Origin: the human T2T-CHM13v2.0 reference genome, Homo sapiens
DNA length: 64,000 nucleotides
Direction: 5' to 3' (one strand)
NCBI RefSeq assembly: GCF_009914755.1
Contig: NC_060936.1
Positions 45,401 through 57,759 of the stretch are shown piece after piece. The position numbers and the translations under genes were made by a program. The notes under the pieces were generated by a model. That model searched no databases, was not told the DNA's origin, and was given only the letters and a program-made list of their open reading frames with translations. Position 1 is the first letter of the stretch. The number at the start of each line of letters is the position of its first letter.

Positions 45401-45648
45401 TAGGACTTTTTAAAAATATGTTTCTGTTGGCATTACCAGGTTACTATCTTAGCCAGCTCGCAGTTTGGAATATGTGAATCAAAAAGAAAATCCAGGAAAC
45501 TCATCACTACATCATTTCTCCGGTACTGAGGCCCCTAAACTGCCTGATTCTCTCTCTCCACCTTTCAGAATACGTTTTATATATGTCTCAGTTTTTAATT
45601 GTACATAGCCAGAGGAATAGGGAAAAATGTGTCTAATCCCAGGCAAAA
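42430..45648 (-). mobile_element. Old L1 fragments (L1ME-like 3' part to ~43230, then L1MD-like 5' part), interrupted by MLT2
   Basis: 'cttcttttgctcaacataatg', 'ttatggtttctgatgagaaatctg', 'aggaatagggaaaa'. Confidence 0.7.
43518..44071 (-). mobile_element. MLT2B-like (HERV-L) solo LTR
   Basis: 'tgtattagtcagtgttctctagaga...ttaagggaattggct...ccagtcaggttgaca...atcaca'. Confidence 0.85.
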
Positions 45649-45727
45649 GTATATATACATATATATATGTATATATATATACATATATATATGTGTATAT
45701 ATGTATATATATATACATATATATGTG

Positions 45728-45761
<34 letters not shown>

Positions 45762-45820
45762 TACACACAAACACACATATATGTATTTGTGTGTGTGTGT
45801 ATATATATATATATACTTTT

Positions 45821-45856
<36 letters not shown>
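45649..45856. repeat. Compound microsatellite (TA)n/(CA)n/(TG)n; the TA-rich tract resumes at 46088-46150
   Basis: Seen directly. Confidence 0.95.
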
Positions 45857-45857
45857 A

Positions 45858-45947
45858 AACTTTTCATTATTGGCTCTATAACCACATAACACAACCAAAT
45901 TTTAAAATTCTAGTGAAATAAATTTCTAAATAAAATATTCACAAATA
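45858..45947 (+). repeat. 90-bp exact direct duplicate of 46638-46727
   Basis: Base-by-base identity at offset 780. Confidence 0.97.
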
Positions 45948-45960
45948 CTTATTTGATACT

Positions 45961-46087
45961 AAATCGAATAAGTATCATCTTATCAGATATAACCATTCTC
46001 TTTTAAGGCTAAGAACGAGGAGCATCTCCTTGGTTATAGCTTAATACTTGCCGTGGCAAAATGTGCAAACTTACAAGAGAAATGCAA
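45961..46087 (-). repeat. 127-bp inverted duplicate of 47384-47510
   Basis: Hand alignment to the reverse complement gives 6 mismatches and no gaps. Confidence 0.97.
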
Positions 46088-48777
46088 TATATATACATAT
46101 ATATAATATATATATAATATAAATTATATATGTACATATATGATTTATATATACACATATATATACACACAGTTGTGTAATAAATTAAATAATAATTATC
46201 TTTGAAAAAAGTGGGACTTGGGATCAAACATAAGATTTGAAGAATACAATAAAAATATTAATAATTTCTGATATGGGATGGTGAGTATGTACCCAGGCAT
46301 ATGATGAAAGATCTATAGAGTTTAATATATTTTTATCATTTCACAAAATAAAAATTATTTGCATATGTGGAATGATGTATACAACACTGAACCATTACAT
46401 CTGAAAATCGAAGTAAAACAGGTAATTTACAAAGAAAATTTTATTTAATGAAGTTGGCTGAATAAGTAATAAAAGTTTGAAGGAAAAAACAATAGGAAAT
46501 TATGAAAATAGTAAATATATTTTGTCCTAAATTAGAATACACTGAGGTTATTTTATTCTGAGTTCTGAAATGCCTTCAGAAAGTAGTTTCCATTATTTAC
46601 ACTATTTGAGAACACAAGAAAAGTTGTGAAACTTTTTAACTTTTCATTATTGGCTCTATAACCACATAACACAACCAAATTTTAAAATTCTAGTGAAATA
46701 AATTTCTAAATAAAATATTCACAAATATAATTTACCAGTGTTTTGAAAATAAAATATATCATGACAAAAGTAATATTCAACCCTGAGAAGACAACACATA
46801 TTAAATTCCCTAAGAATTAAATTTTTGGTAGTCATTCTAAGTTGTCAAAATATTGTAATAAAGCATAAATTTATAAAATAAAATATCAAACTCTTAATAT
46901 GACAGGACTAATTTACCCACCATGTAAGATAACTATTCTTAGTGGAGAGTTAAGAAATAATGTATTAAAGACAGAAAAATGTGTGAATAGTTGCATCTAG
47001 GTAAACTGTAGCCTAAGTGCACAATATAGGGTAAACAATTTAGTAAAATGTGGTATACAACCCATATTCTAAGAAAATAAACATTTTATTGACAGAAGCA
47101 CTGGGAAGAAAATTTGACTTGATGTCTTAAACTTGAGTTATTGTTCTTAATTTCTTAATTCAATGATATTAGAACCTAGATGTTTTTGAATCAGCTACAT
47201 CTCATTTTTATCCTCTATACATCCTATTGAATGTATTATCCTACTATAAACAGTTGACCTGGAAACACAAAATTCATGAATACTGAAAGAAAACTGTGAT
47301 TTTTTTCACTATTTTTAGTTTTGTTTTAAAGAATTTCTTATTGTTGTGTTTGTAAACACATGTACGCATGCATATACACAGAGTTGCATTTCTCTTGTAA
47401 GTATGCACATTTTGCCACGGCAAGTATTAAGCTATAACCAAAGAGATGCCCCTCATTCTTAGCTTTAAAAGAGAATGGTTATATCTGATAAGATGATACT
47501 TATTTGATTTCTTACTTGATCTGTTGGCTGGAACACCTAAAATCAACTCCTCAGTCCTTCTCTTACATGGTCCTCTCTCTAGTTGAGGCAACCTCCAAGA
47601 CTCTAGACACCAATCTCTGATTCTCCTATTTTCTTGAATTATTCAACTTTATGGTCATCTCCATCCTGACTTTCTAACTATTTGAGCCACATTCGTATCA
47701 TATTTTAGGATCAATCAAGAACTGCCTAGCCTGAGGGCATTTTGAATAGCAGCATTCTGTATCTGAAAGTTCTATAAAACAGAGACTCAGTATAAAACTG
47801 AAGGAAACCTAGACAAGGAAAAATCTTTAAGTTGGTTTACTCCACCAGTTTCTGATGTCCTTCCTCGGTGACACTCCAGAGGATCAAAGCCAGGTCTAGG
47901 ATTGTAATTCAGAGTTCAGAGGTGGCAGGAATAGGAGTGAAGTGGAGTCAACCTCTCAGCAGAGAGACTTGCCTCACATATAGGAAAATAACAACAAAAC
48001 TTCTCTAAAAAGTATATTTTTGGTGAGCTATCATGAATCTTCTTTTAGGAAAAAAAATACAGCTTATTTTGTTGAATTTTTTGGTGTCATTTAAAAAATT
48101 CCAGCCTCCAGTTCTCTGATTAAAACACCTCCCAACTTGACTCAGGTCAAAACCATTAATTAAGACAAGCATAATCTCTCCTACAATGTGAGCTGAAATT
48201 TCCCCCAATTATCTTTTAGTAACTCAGCTTCTGGTGACAAATTATTCCATATTAATCAAAACACTTGTATGAACTCTGTAGGTAGAAGGCCACACTGCTT
48301 TGCCTCTAAGGAACTTGGATTCCACCTTCAAGATCTCGTGTCAGAGAATGATTCATGACTGACAAGAATCCATGCTGAAGGCTAACCTTAGGGCTTCTGA
48401 GACCTGCGGCCCCACCCTTTCTCTTAATGAATGGCGAACAGTCTTCCATCTCTTAAGTCTTGTAGAGCCTAATTCTTCTATCAGTTGTTCTGCTCTTTGT
48501 TGTAGTATTAAAATAACGTCAATGACTTCCAGGATTTATTTTACATAGAAATTGCTTCTAATAAAGTTGCTCACCTGTTGCTAATGTTGAATTTGCCTGG
48601 TCAAGTCAAGTTGATCATTAGTCCCAGCAAGTGCTACACATGTAGTTCTTGGGACATAGTTAAATTGACCTAAATTCCCATGAAATCGTATACAGTTGAT
48701 CTCTTATCTTTTACCCAAATTATTTTTAAAAGAAAATTCAACCTGTATCACTTCACTGATAGAATTAACATTTAAAG

Positions 48778-49088
48778 CTGGGTGGCTTATGCCTGTAATC
48801 CCAGCATTTTGGTAGTGCTGGGCGGATCATCTGGAGTCCAGAGTTTGAGACCAGCCTGGCCAACATGGTGAAATCCCGTCTCTACTGAAATTTTAAAAAA
48901 TTAAAGGGACGTGGTGGCATGTGCCTGTAATCCCAGCTACTCGGGAAGCTGAGGCAGGAGAATCACTGGAACCAGGAGGCAGAGGTTGCAGTGAGCCAAG
49001 ATCGCAGCACAGCACTCCATCCTGGGTGACAGAGCAAGACTCCATCTCAAAAAAATAAAAAGAAAGAAAAGAAATACAAAAAAAAAAA
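48778..49088 (+). mobile_element. AluS
   Basis: Alu dimer with an A-rich tail. Confidence 0.9.
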
Positions 49089-49125
49089 TTAGGAACTGCC
49101 TATATTTAAATACTGTGATTTCTTA

Positions 49126-49450
<325 letters not shown>

Positions 49451-51610
49451 TAATTAACGAGAATATAGCAGTAGTTTTTAGATAAAGGGTAAATGATATT
49501 TTTCTGTAGATGGTTAAGCTTTTCTTGGCAGGTACTAAATGATCAAGGGTCACACTGAAGGTGTTCTGATTGAAAAATAATAACTGCACCTTATAATGTT
49601 TATATAGAGGAGACTTGCTTCTGCGTTTCTGAAAGTTCTACATCTCACCTTTCTCCTTTTACAGGAATGTGTTACGGAGGGATGGGAAAATCTCCACAGT
49701 TTTGTTACTGATTATCTGAATATATACACAGCGGAAGCTAGTTTTCAACTACCATTTTCCCCCGCAATTCTCCCCTGAGAAGTGTCTCTTGAAGTTGTTT
49801 AGTTGAAAGTTTAAATGGTAACGAGACCAGAAATGATATTTAGGATTCTGTACGGGGATAAGGAATTGAAAGAGGGCAGGCTCCTGAGATTAGTCTATGG
49901 TGACATATGAACACAATTATGGCCTCAGGCTGACCATTGAGAATCCATGAACCAAGGATTTAGCAATAAAAAGATTTGGTGCCCTTTTGCTGAGAGAATC
50001 TTTGTTCCTCTCCTAAATTTCACAGACAGCACAAATAGAAGAAAGAAAGACAAACATGCACATGGAATGTGTAACCAGTTTAGGGGAAGAAAGGTTAATT
50101 AGTAGCAGAAATGGTTAAGGTTGCACTGTAAGAGAAAGATCTTCTTAAGGACTCCACTGAAAAGCAGGGCATCAAAGGATCATAAAAGAGCAAGGGGTGC
50201 ACACAGTAGAAATATGGATTTTGTTATGTCAGAGCCTAGATTTTTAAAGAACTACTATGATGGGGCTACAAAAGTGTACACAGATATTTTGAACTCCAGA
50301 GTTCATATCTTCCCTACAGAGTTGTATTAGTCAGTTCGAAATTTTAAAACTTTGTTAAAACTTTATCAACTCTTTTATATTCAGCTGTTTTGAATATTTA
50401 TGTTATCTAATATTTATGTTATCTAATGTTATCATAATTGTTCTCTTTCCTGTATTGTGAATTGTCAGTTCATAGTGTATTTATCTATTATTATATCAGT
50501 ATTTTCTTATCTATTTGTCTGAGGCATTTAAACTTTAATGATAGAAACAGTCTAATTTGTTTTAATAATTTGATTCATAGTATTTGTCTTTTAATTGCAG
50601 TTTCCTCAAAGTTGTAGTATTTTATGCTGAGAATTTACTGACATTCTTATTTGGAAGTTCTTCCATTGCTTTTAAATTCAGATAACTTGCCCTGCTGAAT
50701 TTTTTTTCCCACAATACTTTTATAATATACAACACAACTAGTATTATTTAGAGCCTCATTATGATATCATTAGGACATCATCTTTAATATGTTTATTTGT
50801 GTTTGTTTCTGCTTCTGTATTAATCTGAAAACAAATTTTATTTATAAAGTAGTTATTAGTTCCCTCATATTTTCTTATCAAACTAAAGCAAAGGGGTGGA
50901 GAAAAATAATATTGCCTATTTTAGCAAGAATGTATGATAAGTAGCTGTTGAGGAACATACTAATAGTATAGTAAAATTCTGGAAGGTAATAATTTCTTAA
51001 AGCCATTACAAGCACTGTGTCTTTGAAAATTATGCATGTGATAAAAACAATGAAAGAAATGATAGCATCTGCACTGCTAAGCAACAACCTGAGAAAAGCA
51101 AACTGTCAAAATATAATTTTTCCTTCCACATAGCATATGTAGTAACACACTACAGGGACATAAAATGCCAAGGGAATCTATAAAGTCTCTTTTAGAATTA
51201 TTAGATATCTATTAATTTTGTAATTGAAAACTATGCTTTGTTTGTAAATGTGTATGCGATGTGTACAAATATTCTGAAATATCTTTAATTTATAAACTAT
51301 AAATATTATCTATGGAAACAATTTTAGGATAATAAGGTACTTCATTCCAATTTCCTCACAAAAAGAAAGTGGTAACCAGGAGGTTTGAATAGCTTGTAAA
51401 TTATTAAAATTTTGGGAAGGTCATAAGATGATCAGCACAAGCATGTTTCACTTCATGTAGCTACTGGAGTAGGATGTAGTGTGATTGAGAAGGATTAGAT
51501 TCAGTTCTGTCACAGTCATTCAGTGATTCTGCTTATTGTGACAGCCCAAGTATCATGAGGGTATTGACAAATGTTGATATAGAATTATATGCTTCAAATT
51601 ATCTTCTTAA

Positions 51611-51740
51611 CCCATTTATTCCTAAGGTTGCAATGTCTTGAATTTTTGCAATCAGACTTTGGTGATGATCTTGATCAGTAGGATATAAACAACCCCCACA
51701 TGCTCAGTGTTCCAATAATAAAACACAAGGCATACATGGA
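51611..51740. mobile_element. MER85 piggyBac MITE
   Basis: TTAA at 51607-51610, then 'cccatttattcct...gaatttttgcaatcagac...cagtaggatataaa...aggcatacatgga' with decayed terminal inverted repeats. Confidence 0.9.
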
Positions 51741-51899
51741 ATCATTGAAGAAAAAATTCATTAAAATGTTAATATGTATAACCAAAAAAAATTTTACTAT
51801 CTAGGAACTAAGACAAAGCTTTCAATTAAACTATGTTGATTCACTCGTTACTAAATTATAATCAACAATTACACATACACAGTAACATATAATGATAAT

Positions 51900-52150
51900 A
51901 ATAGTAGTAATACTGCTACTAATACTAATACTAATGATTTTTTTAAAATCTAGGAAGCACCAGGCATTGCATTGTGCATTTTATATGCTTTCTCTATTTA
52001 ATCTTCACAAAAACTCTACATAGAAGTTACATTCTATAACAATGCCTCTCACACTTTTTTATTTAGTTTTTTTTTTTTAATTCAGACTGAAAATGTCCAA
52101 AGACAGGGATAACATGGCAAAATCAGAGTATAAATCTAAGTGTTTAACTT
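51900..52150 (-). mobile_element. MIR
   Basis: 'caggcattg..tgtgcattttatatg...tatttaatcttcacaaaaactct'. Confidence 0.65.
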
Positions 52151-52271
52151 AACTGTGTAATACTGGCAGTTGTCAATTCTAAAAAGCATTTTAACCTTTT
52201 TTATTTTATCTGGTAAAAATTATATGTTTAAAAGACAAAGGAGTAATTTCAACATTTAGGATGATGGTTAA

Positions 52272-52643
<372 letters not shown>

Positions 52644-52864
52644 TGTTCTGCTTTTTAATTGAGGTGGTAGATCCATAGGTGTTTGTTCTATATTTATTAC
52701 CAATATGTGATATATATTATATATATATATAAAATACATATATAATCAATTAAACAATTTTAAAGTTTCTCAAATTTCTGGTAATTTAATATCCATTCAG
52801 ATAATATAAAGTACATTTTTGAACTGATTAGGCCCATCTAGAACCTTACTTAAAAATGCTGTGC

Positions 52865-55800
52865 CAATCAGAAATGAAAAAGGTTACGTTACAATCGATT
52901 CCACAGAAATATAAAATCCTCAGAGACTGTTACAAACATCTCTATGAATACAAAACTAGAAAATCTAGAGGAAATGGATAAATTCCCAGAAACACACAAT
53001 CTCCCAAGATTGAATCAGGAAGTAATTGAAACACGGAAAAGACCAATATTGAGTTCTGAAATTGAATAAGAAACAAAAAACCTCCAACCAAAAGAAGCTC
53101 CAGACCAGATGGATTCACAGCTGCGTTCCACCAGACATTCAAAGAAGAATGGATACCAATTTTACTGAAACTATTCCAACAAATTAAGGAGGAAGGAATC
53201 CTCTGTAACTCATTCTATGAAAGCAACGTCACTCTGATATCAAATCCTGGCAAAGACACCACAAAAAAAGAAAACTACAGGCCAATATCCCTGATGAACA
53301 TAGATGCAAAAACCCTCAACAAAATACAAGCGAACCAAATGCAGCAGCACATAAAAAGTAAATTCACCATAATCAAGTAGATGTTCTTGCTAGGATGCAA
53401 GGTTGGTTCAACATACACAAATAAATAATGTGATTCACCACATAAACAGAATTGAAAACCAAAACTATATGATCTCTCAAAAACACGGAAAAAGGCTTTG
53501 ATAAAATCAAATATTCCTTCATGATAAAAACACTCAGGAAACTAGACATCGAAGAAGCATACCTCAAAATAATAGGAGACATCTATGATAAACCCACAGC
53601 CCACATTATGCTGAATGGGCAAAAGCTGGAAACATTTCCCTGGAGAACTGGAACAAGACAGGGATATCTACTCTCACTATTCCTTTCAACATAGTACTGA
53701 AAGTCCTAGCCAGGGCAATCAAGCAAGAGAAAGAAATAGGCATCCAAATAAGAAAAGAAGAAGTGAGATTTTCTCTCTTCACTGACAACATGATTCCACA
53801 TCTATAAAAACCCTAAAGACATGAGCAAAAGGCTCCTGGAACTAATAAACAACTTCAGGAAAATTTCAGGATACAAAATTCATGTACAAAAATCAGTAGC
53901 ATTGCTATACCCCAATAAGGTTCAAGCTGAGAGTCCAATTAGGAATGAAATCCCATTTACAATAGCTACAATAGAAAAAAATATATATCTAGGAATACAC
54001 CTAACGAAGGAGGTGAAAGACCTTACAAGGAGAACTACAAAATACTGATGAAAGAAATCATATAAAGGACAAACAAATGGAAAAACATTTAATGCTCATG
54101 GACGGAAAGGAACAATATAATTAAAATAATCATACTGCCCAAAGCAATCTATAATTCAGTGTACTACCTATCAAATTGCCAATGTAATTTTTCAAAGAAT
54201 TATAGAAAAACCATCCTAAAATTCATTTGGAACTAAAAAAGAGCCGGAATAGCCAAGGCAATCCTAAGCAAAAAGAACAAACCTGGAGGCATCAAATTAC
54301 TCAACTTCAAGCTATACTAAAAAGCTACAGTAACCAAAACATCCTGGTCTTGGTCCAAAAACAGACACATAGACCAATGGAACAGAATACAGAGCAAAGA
54401 AATAAAGCTGCACACCTACAAATATCTGATCTTTGACAAAGTTGACAAAAACAAGCAATTGGGAAAGGACTCCTTATTCAATAAATGGTGCTGAGATAGC
54501 TGGCTAGCAATAAGTAGAAACTGGACCCATACTTTTCACTACATATAAAAATTAACTCAAGATGGATTAAAGACTTACATATAAGACCTCAAACTCTAGA
54601 AATCCTGGAAGAAAATCTAGGAAACACCATTCTGGACATTGGCTTCAGGAAAGAATTTGTGGGTAAGTCCTAAAAAGCAACTGCAACAAAAACAAAACTT
54701 GACAAGTGGGTCCTAATTAAACTAAGGAGTTTCTGCACAGCAAGATAAACTATCAACAGAGTAAACAGACAGCCAACAGGATGGGATAAAATACTTGCAA
54801 ACTATGCAGCTGGTAAAGATCTAATATCTAGAATCTTTAAGGAATTTAAACAAATCAACAAGCTAAAAACAAATAACCCACTTAAAAATGGGCAAATGAT
54901 ATAAAGAGACACTTCTTAAAGGGAGACATACAAGCAGCCAACAAATATATTTTTAAAATGCTACACATCACTAATTATCAGAGAAATGCAAATCCAAACC
55001 ACAATTTGGAGACTCAGGGGAAAGGGTGGGAGGGAGGTTAGAGAGAAAAGACTACCCATTGGGTACAGCGTACACTGCTCGGGTGTTGGGTTTACCAAAA
55101 TCTCAGAAATCACCACTAAATAACTTATTCATGTAACCAAACACTATCTGTTCCCCAAAGGCCTACTGAAATTTTAAAAATTCGTAAAAAAAAATTAAAT
55201 AACTTGAAAAAAAAAACAACCTGAATGAGATACCATCTTACACCAGTCAAAATGGCTATTATTAAAAAGTCAAAAAAAAAAAACAGATGATGGTGAGGCT
55301 GTAGTGAAAAAGAAATACTTACACACTGTTAGTGGAAATGTAAATTAGTTCAGACACTGTGAAAAACAGTGGGGACATTTTTCAAAAAACTTAGAACTAC
55401 CATTTGACCCAGCAATCCCATTACTGGATATATCCAAAAGAAAATAAAATCTTTCTACTAAAGAAACACGTGCACATATATGTTTACTGCAACACTATTC
55501 ACAATAGCAAAGACATCATCACTGATAGGTGATCATCAATGCCGGATTGGATAAAGTAAGTGTAATATATCTATAACATGGAATACTACTCAGCCATAAG
55601 AAAGAATAAAATCATGTTCTTCTGTAGCAACATGGATGCACCTGGAGGCCATTATCCTAAGCAAATTAATGCAGCAACAGAAAACCAGACCAGTTTTCCT
55701 CTAATTCTGCATTTTCCTAATTATAAATGAGAACCTAACACTGCATACTCATGGACATAAAGATGGAAACAATAGACACTGGGGACTACTAGAGAGGGTA

Positions 55801-55985
55801 GGGCAGGAGGGGAGCAGGTATTGAAAAACTACCTATTGTGTACTATGCTCAGTACCTGGGCGAGATCCACTGTACATCAAACTTCAGCATCACACAATAT
55901 ACCCAGGTAACAACCCTGCACATGTACTCTCTGAATCTAAACTAAGAGTTGAAAAAAAAAACATAAAATAAAAATAAAAGGAAAA
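52865..55985 (+). mobile_element. 5'-truncated L1PA13-16-like element (~3 kb, decayed ORF2 and 3'UTR)
   Basis: RT-region remnants (LLELINNFRKISGYKI), 3'UTR 'ggacataaagatggaaacaatagacactgggg', A-rich tail. Confidence 0.9.
55006..55216 (+). mobile_element. L1PB-type 3' end nested inside the L1PA
   Basis: 'ggagactcaggggaaagggtggga...tacactgctcgggtg...aatcaccactaaa..acttattcatgtaacc' plus an A-rich tail, interrupting the host 'aaccacaat|gagatacc'. Confidence 0.85.
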
Positions 55986-56321
55986 GTAAAAATGCTGTAC
56001 CTATGGAGGGCAAATGAGATAAGCAGTATTCTTTTAAGAAAGTTAGCCTAGTCAGGCTTATTTCTGACCTTATTGGGATATATTATATCATGGTCAGTCA
56101 ACTTAATAGAGAGGATATGATTTAACACAGGATTTAATTTTTATTCTTATGATACATAATGAAAAAAGACTTTACCTGCAACATCTTGAATTGCTTTCTC
56201 TGTAAATGCTTAGTTTTGAAATTTTCATTGAATTAGCACAACAGAAAAGTCAACTACTATTGTCTTCACTAGTCTCCCATATGGATTTGTTTTCCTGCAA
56301 GCACATACACAGACCTACGTA

Positions 56322-56323
<2 letters not shown>

Positions 56324-56360
<37 letters not shown>
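56324..56360. repeat. (CA)n microsatellite
   Basis: Seen directly. Confidence 0.95.
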
Positions 56361-56362
<2 letters not shown>

Positions 56363-57576
56363 CAGCACTGTCCAAACACAAGATGAAAGGAGATACTGGT
56401 ACACCAAGAAAAGTAATTGGTACATTATGTCATAGTGAGCTTACTCCATAACTCTTGCTAACTAGTGGGAGACAAATACAGTATGCAGTGAAATACTCAA
56501 AATTTATCTAAAGAAAAATCCCTTCCAAAATGGAATACTTACATCAATATTAAAGTATGATAAAATATTTTGCATTTACTCTGAATATTTTTAGTAAACC
56601 TTCAAAGAATATAACTAGAGATTTTATTGACATATTTAATGTAAATGTACAGTGGTAGAGGATAATTTCTAGAAGAGATAAAAATCTTAGATTTTACTAT
56701 TAGCTAAATTCATCTCAGATATTTATATCCATAATGCTTAACATGAAATACCCTGATTTTTTTAGAAATCTTAAAGCAAACTCATGTGTAATTGCAGGTG
56801 AAATAAAGCTAAATTAAATTATAAATGTATTATTATATTAAAAAGGTTAAACTTCTCTGCAAGTTACATAGGAACTTTTCAAGTTGTTTTCTATAGATAC
56901 ATTAGTATAATTTAGAAATTTTATATCAGCTTAATTTTTCAGAAAGTTTTCAAGAAAACAGGGTAATTCAACAGCTATATCATGATTTTATTATCTAAAA
57001 ATTTTGCTAAATGTATGATGCTGAAGAAAAGCAAAAATGCAATCTCAAAAAAAGTATTGAGCCCTAAATATTAATCTCAGATTTATGTGCTAACTGAAAA
57101 ACTCTATTCCCCTTTCCATGACTTGCACTTTTCTGTCCAACTTGTATAGAAATTGGGAAAATATTGAAAGAAAATAAAATCTTTCTACCAAAAAGACACA
57201 TACACTTGTATGTTCACTGAAGCATGTAGATGATTAGTGATTGAACAATATAAGTATTTTTAGAGACGTTGTAAAACACTATGAAATAAAGATCTTCTTT
57301 ATATTCCTCGTTTCAGGAAACTTTGTATCCCACTGTTACTAAGTAATCAATGTATGTTTTTGGCATTTCTAAATAATCAATGTATGGTTTTAGTATTTAA
57401 TTTTGGGCTTACCCACTGCCATCTTCCCATTTCTTATTTGTTCTTATTAATTTATAATCCAAAGCATGGGTTTCTACATCTCTTTAACTGCCTTGAAAAT
57501 ACGTTTTTATATTATTTTTTTACAGTAACATTTTATAAAATAAAGTGAATTTCTTCCCATAGAACTGCACTGTAGA

Positions 57577-57759
57577 GGCCAGGAGCAGTGGCTCACGCCT
57601 GTAATCCCAGCACTTTGGGAGGCCAAGGCAGGAGGATCGCCTGAGGTCGGGAGTTCGAGACCCACCTGGCCAGCACTGTGAAACCCCGTCTCTACTAAAA
57701 ATACAAAAAAAAAAAAAAAAATTAGCCGGGCGTCGTGGTGGGCGCCTGTAATCCCAGCT
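57577..57759 (+). mobile_element. Partial AluS (left arm, expanded A-linker, first ~40 nt of right arm) fused to the SUGP1 retrocopy
   Basis: 'ggccaggagcagtggctcacgcc...ggcgcctgtaatcccagct' stops abruptly with no tail. Confidence 0.93.

Noticed and set aside
45512-45921. Five overlapping ORFs of 76-128 aa
   Set aside because: They are translations of stop-free dinucleotide repeats.
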